Part shown: positions 15,851 through 23,295 of the stretch, in pieces
How positions within the stretch are numbered: position 1 is the stretch's first letter
Layout of the letters: each line of letters starts with the position of its first letter
Virus record (IMG/VR): IMGVR_UViG_3300049742_000009
Coordinates: 1,927 to 65,926 of that record
DNA from: a virus
Lineage: Duplodnaviria; Caudoviricetes
Length of the DNA: 64,000 nucleotides
Reading direction: 5' to 3' (one strand)
Notes under the pieces: generated by a model
What the model was told of the DNA's origin: nothing
The model's input: only the letters and a program-made list of their open reading frames with translations
Database searches by the model: none
Program-made: the position numbers and the translations under genes

Positions 15851-15999
15851 GGGCGTGCCCATGCCTCCCTGTCACTGGAGTTGGCACGCTCGAAACGCCA
15901 ACCCCTCTGCTCGTAACGCCTCTTGGCTTCATGCGTCAGCTCTACCAGCTTGTGCGGTCCACCGTCCGGCGGATAGGCGCGGTACTTACTTGTGATCAA
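15847..15999 (-). CDS. hypothetical protein (50 aa, not in ORF track)
   Basis: TTG start; MITSKYRAYPPDGGPHKLVELTHEAKRRYEQRGWRFER... Confidence 0.5.
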   Translation of the reverse strand: MITSKYRAYPPDGGPHKLVELTHEAKRRYEQRGWRFERANSSDREAWARP

Positions 16000-16234
16000 G
16001 TCTCTTCCCTTCCCCAACTGCCTTCATGAAGGCTTTCAGTGCATCGTCAATGCCCTCTAGTTCTTCGGTGGTTGCGACGCGCCCTACCGGCCATACGATC
16101 TCGAAGCTGTATTCCTTCGGGGTGCCACGGCTGCGCAGGCGCCTGTATATCCACTTGCCCAGCTCGTACGCCAGCGAACCGATGAGCAGCCCGGAGACGA
16201 GACCCCAAAGGGTGGTGTGTATCTCGGGGTTCAC
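15986..16234 (-). CDS. membrane protein
   Basis: 82 aa with N-terminal TM helix LWGLVSGLLIGSLAY. Confidence 0.6.
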   Translation of the reverse strand: MNPEIHTTLWGLVSGLLIGSLAYELGKWIYRRLRSRGTPKEYSFEIVWPVGRVATTEELEGIDDALKAFMKAVGEGKRLDHK

Positions 16235-16566
16235 TTGGCACCGAGCCTTATCAGCGCTTCCGCGTGAAACTGCTTGTACTGTTCGTACGTGTACTTCGTT
16301 GTCTTCGGCTTCTTACCCGCGTTCGCCACCGTGAGCCCGGCAAGTTCCTTGAGGGCGCGACCGAGCGCCAGATCAAAGCCAGTTTGCAGGTCGAAGTCAT
16401 CCGCAGCGTTGCGCTTGGCAACCCCAACTCCGGTGTAGCGCTCACCGCTTACGACCACAACGGTATACGTCTCGGTGGGGTCTACGTACACCTGGGCGTC
16501 AAACTCCATCTTCTGGTACTTGGAGAGCCCGTGCTTACCGGCGAGCTTCTTATAGAATTCGATCAC
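16231..16566 (-). CDS. dsRBD-fold (DUF1876-like) protein
   Basis: GVGVAKRNAADDFDLQTGFDLALGRAL matches the G.G.A.R.P.D......G..LA..RAL pattern. Confidence 0.6.
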   Translation of the reverse strand: MIEFYKKLAGKHGLSKYQKMEFDAQVYVDPTETYTVVVVSGERYTGVGVAKRNAADDFDLQTGFDLALGRALKELAGLTVANAGKKPKTTKYTYEQYKQFHAEALIRLGAK

Positions 16567-16733
16567 TTGTAAACTTCCTGTGTGGGGTCTTCGTAACCGG
16601 GCCTAGGTTGGCCACAGTTAATGCACCAGTCGTACGTTACCACCTTCATGCGTGGCGGTATATCGCTGTTCCAGAAGTGGCGCCCCGTTACTTGGCTTCG
16701 CTTGCATCCTTGATGCTGATCGGATACGTCCAC
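16563..16733 (-). CDS. small zinc-ribbon protein (tentative)
   Basis: C...GRHFW...WCINCGQPR; start uncertain, overlaps the upstream gene by 46 bp. Confidence 0.4.
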   Translation of the reverse strand: MDVSDQHQGCKRSQVTGRHFWNSDIPPRMKVVTYDWCINCGQPRPGYEDPTQEVYK

Positions 16734-17020
16734 TTCTCACACTCCGCGTAGACATCAGGGTGCTTCGCTCGGAGGTACTTGATGTCAAGTCCCTTGCGGC
16801 TGCCGACCCTTACGGAGAACAGCGGTTCCCCTGTCTCCTCATCCACCGCGTCAAGCCCAACAGGCTTGGGGTCGTCAGGGTCATAGCCTAGGTCTTTCAT
16901 GAGAGCTTCCTTGGCTGCCTTCTCCTCAGCCGTCCAACGAGACTTAGCTTCCTTGGCTCGCTTGTAGCGCTCCCATTTATCGCGGGTCTCGGGGCTGACC
17001 TCCCGCTCGTCCTCAGCCAT
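16688..17020 (-). CDS. hypothetical protein (charged helix plus beta C-terminus)
   Basis: 110 aa; GGAGG RBS. Confidence 0.7.
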   Translation of the reverse strand: MAEDEREVSPETRDKWERYKRAKEAKSRWTAEEKAAKEALMKDLGYDPDDPKPVGLDAVDEETGEPLFSVRVGSRKGLDIKYLRAKHPDVYAECEKWTYPISIKDASEAK

Positions 17021-17366
17021 CCTCCGCCTCCCTCTTGCCGGTCACCATCAGGTAAGGATCTCCGCCGAACGTCGAATCAGGCACTTCGAGTTGAACTATG
17101 AACCGAGACTCCAGGACTGTCTTCAAGCCCCTGACCCTCTCGCAGACAAAGGATCTTTTCCAATCCTCGCTCTCATTTCGAACCTCATCGCCTAGCATCC
17201 ACGAAACGCGCACCGCCGGACGATGGTTGAAGTCGGCGAAATCCTCGCACTTGTAGCCGCTGCTCTGATGTCCCCAGCCCCGCACCTGGGCGGAGGGAGT
17301 CCACTCGGCGCGAGTAAGTCCCTTCCCGCCCAGATAGCGGCTGACGGACGATGCCTTGAGACTCAC
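17013..17366 (-). CDS. hypothetical protein
   Basis: Start moved to GTG 17366 (GTGA overlap). Confidence 0.6.
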   Translation of the reverse strand: MSLKASSVSRYLGGKGLTRAEWTPSAQVRGWGHQSSGYKCEDFADFNHRPAVRVSWMLGDEVRNESEDWKRSFVCERVRGLKTVLESRFIVQLEVPDSTFGGDPYLMVTGKREAEDG

Positions 17367-17533
17367 GCCGTGGCCCCGCAGTCCGGGCACTCGCCCAGCT
17401 TCTCAAGGGCCACGCGATGACGCTTGGTCCGCTCGTGCAGGGCGTCACCCTGCCGCGCCTGGGCGCGCTCGCGCTTCGCCTCCCTGACCAGGCGTGCGGC
17501 ACCCTTGCCCATCTTGCCGTGCCAGTTGCTCAT
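17363..17533 (-). CDS. basic hypothetical protein (56 aa, not in ORF track)
   Basis: MSNWHGKMGKGAARLVREAKRERAQARQ...ECPDCGATA; GGAGG RBS. Confidence 0.65.
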   Translation of the reverse strand: MSNWHGKMGKGAARLVREAKRERAQARQGDALHERTKRHRVALEKLGECPDCGATA

Positions 17534-17534
17534 G

Positions 17535-17753
17535 TCAGTCCTCCACGAGTGTTATGAGTAGAGCGCCGTTGTGGCCCCTGCGGAACCTGATCTCGAATCC
17601 GTCCCCTAGTACGTCGTACGTGGCGACCAAGGGATCATCGTTGAGAAAACGCTTCATCAGATCCACCCAATGGCGTTTCAGGTGCGCGTCGTACTGCTTG
17701 CGTCGTACGGGGGTCGGAAGGGCGCGGGCAGTGTGCTTACAGGGTTTGCTCAC
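17535..17753 (-). CDS. hypothetical protein
   Basis: 72 aa; GTGA overlap. Confidence 0.6.
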   Translation of the reverse strand: MSKPCKHTARALPTPVRRKQYDAHLKRHWVDLMKRFLNDDPLVATYDVLGDGFEIRFRRGHNGALLITLVED

Positions 17754-17851
17754 GCGGGCACCTCTTCCGGAGTCTTGGCGGGCTCGGCCGGAACCTCTTC
17801 GGGGAACGGCTCGAACTCGATTTCCTTTTCGATCTCTCCGATGTCTGCCAT
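17750..17851 (-). CDS. acidic Pro/Glu-rich peptide (33 aa, not in ORF track)
   Basis: MADIGEIEKEIEFEPFPEEVPAEPAKTPEEVPA; AGGAG RBS. Confidence 0.7.
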   Translation of the reverse strand: MADIGEIEKEIEFEPFPEEVPAEPAKTPEEVPA

Positions 17852-17852
17852 G

Positions 17853-18647
17853 TCAACTCTCCTGATTCTTGAGCAGGTTGGACAGGTCGGGCTGCGGGAA
17901 TGCCTCTACCATGGATGATATGTACGAGAACACCGGGACGCCGTAGTTCTTGCCTATGCGGTCAAGATCGATTGTGCCCCAGTTCAGAGCGTTAGAGAAG
18001 TGCGAGTGTTCGTAGTCGAACGCCAGCGCCTTGACCTCCATGCGCTCCGACCTAACTCCCTTGCTCCCCATGAGGACTCGGCCGCTCGCCTCGACCACAG
18101 CGAAGATAGGCGGTAGGTCGTAGTTCCTATACAGACCGTCGGTGAATCGATGAACACCGTTCAGCCTATCCCTCTGTGCCTCACATAGCTGCCGCTCGAA
18201 GAAATTCGTCTCTGGGCTGTACGACGCATAGAAGCCGCAATTGCATTCTACGTTGGGGGACTTGCACTCTTCCGTGACGCAAGGGCAGTGATCTTCTACC
18301 AGGCGATAGTCGCTTAGGTAGGACTCGAACGAGCCCTCTAGAAACGACTTGTAGTCTACGTAGTCTATCGACTGCGGGGCGCGTCGCACAATCCTGCCCG
18401 TGCCGCCGCAGTCTGAACACGCCGCCCTAGGGATGCGATACCTTGTGCCGGGGCCATAGAAGTTGTACCTATAGCCACGGTAACCCGCATAACAGGAAGC
18501 CGCGTTGACGCCAGGCTCGAACGGGCCCGAGGAAATAACAGTCGGCGCCAGCATGCCATCTTGCGTGACCTTGAAGTGCCGGTAGACGCGCAGCCCCGAG
18601 GGGACTAGTTCGCTGCGGCCCCTGCCGTAGTCGTCTGCGTTGCTCAC
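17853..18647 (-). CDS. hypothetical protein with CxCGFYA motif and CxxCxGxG insert
   Basis: RVYRHF...AASC...CSDCGGTG...ECNCGFYA...VEASGRV..G.KGVRSE; start moved to GTG 18647. Confidence 0.7.
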   Translation of the reverse strand: MSNADDYGRGRSELVPSGLRVYRHFKVTQDGMLAPTVISSGPFEPGVNAASCYAGYRGYRYNFYGPGTRYRIPRAACSDCGGTGRIVRRAPQSIDYVDYKSFLEGSFESYLSDYRLVEDHCPCVTEECKSPNVECNCGFYASYSPETNFFERQLCEAQRDRLNGVHRFTDGLYRNYDLPPIFAVVEASGRVLMGSKGVRSERMEVKALAFDYEHSHFSNALNWGTIDLDRIGKNYGVPVFSYISSMVEAFPQPDLSNLLKNQES

Positions 18648-18853
18648 TCGTTCCACTCCAGGATGGTGTTCTCCCACAGCCACGGGTCGTAGATCTCCCT
18701 GCGCCGCTCGGCCCTCTTCCGCTTTATGCGTTCCTTCGCGTCCGCCGGGCAGTAGTCAGGGTGGCGCCCCGGGCCTTTGACGGTGTAGGGGAACTCGCTT
18801 CCGCACTCAAGGCACGTGCGGACGATGGTGGTTCCAGCGCGAACGTGGCTCAT
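18644..18853 (-). CDS. small zinc-finger protein
   Basis: TCLECGSEF...GPGRHPDYC; start moved to ATG 18853. Confidence 0.6.
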   Translation of the reverse strand: MSHVRAGTTIVRTCLECGSEFPYTVKGPGRHPDYCPADAKERIKRKRAERRREIYDPWLWENTILEWNE

Positions 18854-19017
18854 GCTTCCGACTCCTGAGCGTTGACGATTCGTACGGCATTCTTCGGCCG
18901 CTGTTCCCGGTACTTGGTCACGAGCGCTTCGGCGGCGGGACGAGTGAGCACGCCCAGGTGCGCGGGCACCCAAGCCTTGCCAACCTTGACCTGGACCTTC
19001 GCCTTCTTTGTTGCCAT
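18850..19017 (-). CDS. basic hypothetical protein (55 aa, not in ORF track)
   Basis: MATKKAKVQVKVGKAWVPAHLGVLTRPAAEALVTKYREQRPKNAVRIV... Confidence 0.6.
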   Translation of the reverse strand: MATKKAKVQVKVGKAWVPAHLGVLTRPAAEALVTKYREQRPKNAVRIVNAQESEA

Positions 19018-19235
19018 CAGATCTCATCTTTCGTCAGGTACACAATGCGGGCTTCCGCATCCGGATACATGAGCTTGTGTCGGTTGGACTCAAGCCAGTT
19101 GAACGCATCCGCTTCTGTCTTGAACGGCCCAGCCTCGGGGGTCCATGGGGTACCCCAGCGGGTAGACGTACGCGCGTCGGTTTCGATGAAGTAGCCCTCA
19201 TCTGCGCTGTATTCGCCGCTCAATGTTCGCTCCAC
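19017..19235 (-). CDS. hypothetical protein
   Basis: 72 aa; WTPEAGPFKTEADA motif. Confidence 0.6.
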   Translation of the reverse strand: MERTLSGEYSADEGYFIETDARTSTRWGTPWTPEAGPFKTEADAFNWLESNRHKLMYPDAEARIVYLTKDEI

Positions 19236-19444
19236 TTCCTTCGTACGTACGCCTCATCAGTGTACGCAAGCGGGATGACGGGCGGTATGTCATCTATGCC
19301 ACAGTGGTCAGCTTGTACGCACTCGTCCGAGCAGTACGACGCCGAGGTGACCGGCGGGGCTACCTCAACGCCGCACCACACGCACCCGCTGTGCGTCTTG
19401 GATCTCAAGTTGCGCCTATAGTCGCGCCTTTGGGGAGGCGTCAC
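19220..19444 (-). CDS. small zinc-finger protein
   Basis: GCVWCG...YCSDEC...H. Confidence 0.6.
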   Translation of the reverse strand: MTPPQRRDYRRNLRSKTHSGCVWCGVEVAPPVTSASYCSDECVQADHCGIDDIPPVIPLAYTDEAYVRRKWSEH

Positions 19445-19602
19445 GGCAGTTGCGCAAGGGCCGTCAGAAGCTCAGCAGACGCCCTGAGAAGCCCTTCCCG
19501 CTCAGGGTGGTAGCCATCCATGGTGGCGCCGCTCCTACGCAGGCACGGGAAGCCTGCGCTCGCCTTGCACTCTGGGCAGGCTACGGCCTTTGGGTTGTTC
19601 AT
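19441..19602 (-). CDS. phage zinc-finger protein (53 aa, not in ORF track)
   Basis: AVACPECKASAGFPCLRRSG....YHPER matches the CPxCxAxxGxPC...HxxR motif. Confidence 0.7.
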   Translation of the reverse strand: MNNPKAVACPECKASAGFPCLRRSGATMDGYHPEREGLLRASAELLTALAQLP

Positions 19603-19606
19603 GATC

Positions 19607-19690
19607 TCACTTCCCAAACACAGAGATGATCGTTACGACCACCAGCGTTACGCAGATGATCAGTGCGTAGATGTGACCTTTGGTCAACAT
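19607..19690 (-). CDS. membrane microprotein (27 aa)
   Basis: MLTKGHIYALIICVTLVVVTIISVFGK; GGAG RBS. Confidence 0.5.
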   Translation of the reverse strand: MLTKGHIYALIICVTLVVVTIISVFGK

Positions 19691-19694
19691 CGGT

Positions 19695-19844
19695 TCAGCT
19701 CCCTTGTGCTTCACGGGTCCTGGACACCTCTAGGATCAGGGCGCGACGTTCGATCTGTCGGAGCAGGGCTTCCGGCCACCTGGCGGCAGGGTTCTCACGC
19801 TGGGCTCGCATGAATCGGTCGTGTACCTCTTCAAAGTGAACCAT
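19695..19844 (-). CDS. hypothetical protein (49 aa)
   Basis: MVHFEEVHDRFMRAQRENPAARWPEALLRQIERRAL...; GAGGA RBS. Confidence 0.55.
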   Translation of the reverse strand: MVHFEEVHDRFMRAQRENPAARWPEALLRQIERRALILEVSRTREAQGS

Positions 19845-19867
19845 GGCGTATGTGTCCTCTTCTCTGT

Positions 19868-20053
19868 TCATCGGATCGGCAGCTTCCTGCGTGCCTCTTC
19901 GTACGTGTTGGCTCGGATCATGTAGACCGGCAGTCCCTCACGCCCGTTGAGCATCTTGATAGCACGCGACCGCGCGCCCAGTTCGTCGGGATGGTACGGC
20001 CCCAGCACCTTGCCTCGGGGGGTGCCGTAGAAGATCAGTGGGGTGTCCGTCAC
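19868..20053 (-). CDS. hypothetical protein
   Basis: 61 aa; GTGA overlap. Confidence 0.6.
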   Translation of the reverse strand: MTDTPLIFYGTPRGKVLGPYHPDELGARSRAIKMLNGREGLPVYMIRANTYEEARRKLPIR

Positions 20054-20202
20054 TGCGTGCGCTCCTCGTTCATCTCGTACACCAGCGCGGGGAGAACGTG
20101 CCGCTCGGCGGCAGCCTGCGCCTTGTCGTCACCCAGCACCTCGACCAGATGCTCAAGCTCGGTTTCTTCCTTGACAGCTTCGATAGCGTCATTGATCGAC
20201 AT
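20050..20202 (-). CDS. acidic hypothetical protein (50 aa)
   Basis: MSINDAIEAVKEETELEHLVEVLGDDKAQAAAERHVLPALVYEM... Confidence 0.6.
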   Translation of the reverse strand: MSINDAIEAVKEETELEHLVEVLGDDKAQAAAERHVLPALVYEMNEERTQ

Positions 20203-20244
20203 TGTTCCTGGCACCCTTCCGTGCGTGTGTGTTTGATGAGAGGA

Positions 20245-20625
20245 GGGACGGGGCGGGCCGAGTTGTCCAGCTCCGGCAGTGTTGCCGTAAGCCCGGCCCC
20301 GTCCTATTCAATTGTGAGTCCCCCGGGGGAAGCGAGTCGGCGGGAGTCAAAGCCACACGGGTCTAGGCTCTTTGCCACCCGCGTATTACGCGTCGTCCCT
20401 TGGTCGCGTGTCCCCCGGGAGTTTGGGGGGTGCATGCCTCAAAGCCCTATCGCATGCTTGCCAAGTCCCTATGTTCGTAACTTGGTTTCCCACGTCCTCA
20501 AGGTCCGTCCCACCTTGAGGGTTCCCCCGCCGTACGCGGCACCACAACGCCTACGGCGGGGAGCTAGGCCCCTGTCGAGTCATTAGCGGTCGGACCGTGA
20601 AAGGGTCGGCCCTACTCGACAGGGG
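20245..20625 (-). other. non-coding array of at least seven inverted repeats
   Basis: Stems at 20246-20304, 20355-20384, 20432-20457, 20461-20485, 20496-20520, 20525-20561 and 20569-20625. Confidence 0.7.
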
Positions 20626-20630
20626 AGCAC

Positions 20631-21650
20631 TTACCGGCGGGCGAGCTTGCGGATGCGGGTAACGATCTCTTCATCCGCCTTCTCAACCTGGCCGGTGACG
20701 GTACGGATCATGTTCCGCTCTACGCGGTTACCGCCCTTGATCGGACCCTCATGGTGCCCGTACGTGTTGAACGCCTGCCAGGCACCAAAGGCGGTGCCTC
20801 GCCACGTCACGACACGTTCGTCCGACGCCCACAGGTCATGCAGCTTGTCACGCTTGCGCATGGCCATCGTTTCGCCCCGGCTGCTCTTAGCATCCGGATC
20901 GTACGGCGTCATGTCCTCGACCAGCTTCGCGAACTTCTGGTCAGTAAAGTCCAGTTCACACAGTTCCTTGACTTCCTGTGCGAAGTCGTCGGCGATGCTG
21001 TGAACGATGCCCAGCGCGGCGCGAGCGTCCATCAGACGGCCCATGCTGTGACGGGTGGACTTGACCTTGAACTCCTGTCCCTGCTCTCGCAGACCGGCAT
21101 TCATGGTGTTGTCACAGACGACGGCTGTAGCGACGCGCTTGTATGTGGTCGCCAGCGTTCCATCGAACGAGGATACGGCCAACAGGTTGGGTCGGAACTC
21201 GACACCCTCAGGGGTGGTGATGGTGTCGGGCACCTCCACGCTCACCCAAGCCTGACGACCACCCTTGAGCAGTCCCGCCGACCCAATGGACAAGTCATCG
21301 TCCAGGATGCTGGCAACGTTCTTGAGCAGCCATTCTCCGTACTGATGAGGGACGTACCCGTCACCGAAGATGCCTAGCACATCGCCCGTGTCAGACCGCG
21401 TGATGGCCTTGAAACCGGGCACCTCACCATAGACAGTGCGACCAACGCAGACTTCCTGCGGCTTGTTCGCCACGTACAGCGGGTGTTCCTCGGCCGTCCA
21501 GTTGAACAGGCGCCGCTTCACGTCCTCCATGGGGACGGCCCCGGCATAGTGATTGTTGGCACCCTCGCGGTAGTGCCATGCGTGGCCGCGCTTGTCAGTG
21601 AAGCCAATGAGGGTGTTGTTGTTCAGCCATTCGAGCGTTTCGCGCGACAT
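20631..21650 (-). CDS. DUF932 / phage-plasmid TIGR03299-like protein
   Basis: MSRET..W...IG...RG.AWH; G...Y.P.Q; SAG.L.GGR; VVCDNT; RGTAFGAWQA.N. Confidence 0.85.
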   Translation of the reverse strand: MSRETLEWLNNNTLIGFTDKRGHAWHYREGANNHYAGAVPMEDVKRRLFNWTAEEHPLYVANKPQEVCVGRTVYGEVPGFKAITRSDTGDVLGIFGDGYVPHQYGEWLLKNVASILDDDLSIGSAGLLKGGRQAWVSVEVPDTITTPEGVEFRPNLLAVSSFDGTLATTYKRVATAVVCDNTMNAGLREQGQEFKVKSTRHSMGRLMDARAALGIVHSIADDFAQEVKELCELDFTDQKFAKLVEDMTPYDPDAKSSRGETMAMRKRDKLHDLWASDERVVTWRGTAFGAWQAFNTYGHHEGPIKGGNRVERNMIRTVTGQVEKADEEIVTRIRKLARR

Positions 21651-21757
21651 GTGGTGCCTACCTTTCCGAAGGTGTCGGACAGTTGAGAACCGTAAGGTTC
21701 AGCCATGGCACCCCCTAGGTCAAGGGGGAACGGGGGTGCCATGGAGTACCCGGCGGA

Positions 21758-21883
21758 TCAAGCGGCTTTGCACTCGCCGCTATTGGGGTCGCACCCTGCG
21801 TCTTCGCACTCCGCACATAGGGGACCATCACCATAGGTAACCCACATGCAGTAGAGACAAGCGCAGGGCTTGACGCCAGACAT
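21758..21883 (-). CDS. Cys-rich microprotein (41 aa, not in ORF track)
   Basis: MSGVKPCACLYCMWVTYGDGPLCAECEDAGCDPNSGECKAA; 7 Cys. Confidence 0.6.
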   Translation of the reverse strand: MSGVKPCACLYCMWVTYGDGPLCAECEDAGCDPNSGECKAA

Positions 21884-21885
21884 GA

Positions 21886-22044
21886 TCACTTTCCCTTGCG
21901 ACGCTTGAGCAGCGCCTTACGCGCGGCGCGCGCCTCGGGGCTTTCCGGCCACTGAGTACGACGGTTGTTCCAGAAGCGCTCTTCCGCTTCCAGCTCATCC
22001 GGGGCGCCGTACGAGAGGGCAGCTTCCTTGCGGTGCGTAGTCAT
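21886..22044 (-). CDS. hypothetical protein (52 aa, not in ORF track)
   Basis: MTTHRKEAALSYGAPDELEAEERFWNNRRTQWPES...; ATGA overlap. Confidence 0.6.
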   Translation of the reverse strand: MTTHRKEAALSYGAPDELEAEERFWNNRRTQWPESPEARAARKALLKRRKGK

Positions 22045-22235
22045 GAGATCACCCATCCTTGTGCCAGCAGCGCGGGGCCGTGCTGGGCCGAGTGGTGGCC
22101 GCAGAACAGAAGCTCTGAGCGGTCCTTGTACGGCCTCTCGGCGCGAACCTGGGCAGCTGCACCACAGGCGTCACAGCGGTCGGCCAGAGACAGCGGAGCG
22201 GACGATTCGGGGACAGTTTCGACGGGAGTAGCCAT
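22041..22235 (-). CDS. actinobacterial small zinc protein (DRCDxCG...LLFCGHH family)
   Basis: LSLADRCDACGAAAQVRA...LLFCGHH..QH..AL. Confidence 0.75.
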   Translation of the reverse strand: MATPVETVPESSAPLSLADRCDACGAAAQVRAERPYKDRSELLFCGHHSAQHGPALLAQGWVIS

Positions 22236-22260
22236 GGTGAGTCACCGTTCCTTGATCAAG

Positions 22261-22431
22261 TTAGTGAGCCGAAGCGGCAGCCGGGGCCATCTCAACGCCC
22301 GGACGGTAGTACCGCGCGGCTACGGGGGTGGTGTCGTAGACCGGAGCGTGATCCTTCATCCACTGCTCATCGGCGGCGCGGTCGGCGGCGCGGTCGGCGG
22401 CGGACTTCTCTTCGTAAGGGACGTAGGCCAT
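22261..22431 (-). CDS. first ORF of the leftward early operon (56 aa, not in ORF track)
   Basis: MAYVPYEEKSAADRAADRAADEQWMKDHAPVY... Confidence 0.55.
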   Translation of the reverse strand: MAYVPYEEKSAADRAADRAADEQWMKDHAPVYDTTPVAARYYRPGVEMAPAAASAH

Positions 22432-22561
22432 GGCTAGATCATCTTCTCTGATGACTTAGGGGGGACGGGTGGACAAGCGTTCCGTGAGTTTCTGGTTACT
22501 CTCGGGCAGATCCCGCGCGGCTTTAGTATCCGCTGTGAGCAGGGGCAGTCTCGAAACGCAG

Positions 22562-22629
22562 TGCCAGCTACGGGAGTCGAACCCGTACGCGGTCATGATG
22601 CCGATGCCACCGGCTGTGTATTGCTGGCA
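22562..22629 (-). ncRNA. tRNA-like element (acceptor stem plus T-arm, no canonical D-arm)
   Basis: UGCCAGC...GCUGGCA stem stacked on UACGGG-UUCGACU-CCCGUA. Confidence 0.55.
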
Positions 22630-22913
22630 TGTGTGGGGGCGACGTGCGCCCCCGGTTTTCCTTGTGCGCTCTCTGTGGAGTTCTGAACGATCATTCAGTC
22701 ACAATGGGCAGAAGAGCCGCTACACTCTGTAGAGATCATAACCTCGTACCTCAAGATCAACGATCTTGCCGGAAGCTCCCTAGAACGAGGTCAAGTTCGG
22801 AACTCCGTAACGGAGTTGGGAGCGTTGGGCGCGGTGGTCCAACTAGCCGGAACCTCTATGGGATCGGAACCGTAGTCCCTGTCCTCTCTGCCCTGTTTTG
22901 TTCTGATGCCTCA

Positions 22914-22942
22914 AGACTGGCTCTTTCTTGCGTGCGTGTCAA
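22914..22942 (-). promoter_or_regulatory. putative leftward housekeeping-sigma promoter
   Basis: TTGACA-N17-CAGTCT on the minus strand, facing the early operon. Confidence 0.5.
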
Positions 22943-23207
22943 CCGTCACACCAAGAAAATCCGGACGATCTTCGCATCTGTACGCCCAGGGATGGGCGAA
23001 CTCGACCTAGGCTAACCGAAGTTGAGGTCTTTCGGGTGCGTCAAGAAAATCTTGGAGCACGATGGGTGATGTCGCAATGCGTAGGGGCGCGAGTGCGGTC
23101 CGTGTCCATATGCGCCGCTCGGGGCTTGCGAAGAGCTTGAGATCCACGCATCGCAACGCATGCACGGCAGTTCAGTGTTGCGGGCCACTCAATCGCGCCT
23201 AGTGGCT

Positions 23208-23237
23208 TTGACCTCGCAAGGTTGCACCCGTAAGACT
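23208..23237 (+). promoter_or_regulatory. putative rightward promoter of the repressor
   Basis: TTGACC-N17-TAAGACT about 60 bp before the repressor ATG. Confidence 0.4.
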
Positions 23238-23295
23238 TGTGAGTGTCAGGAAGGAACGCGACGCACCACGACTCGGGAGGCAGTGAAGACATAAG

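Noticed and set aside
20355-20384. GGCAAA...GCC resembling a c-di-GMP-I riboswitch
   Set aside because: The second stem and conserved spacing of that motif are missing.
20038-20586. 182 aa plus-strand ORF across the hairpin array
   Set aside because: Opposite to the operon, overlaps called genes, no RBS or motif.
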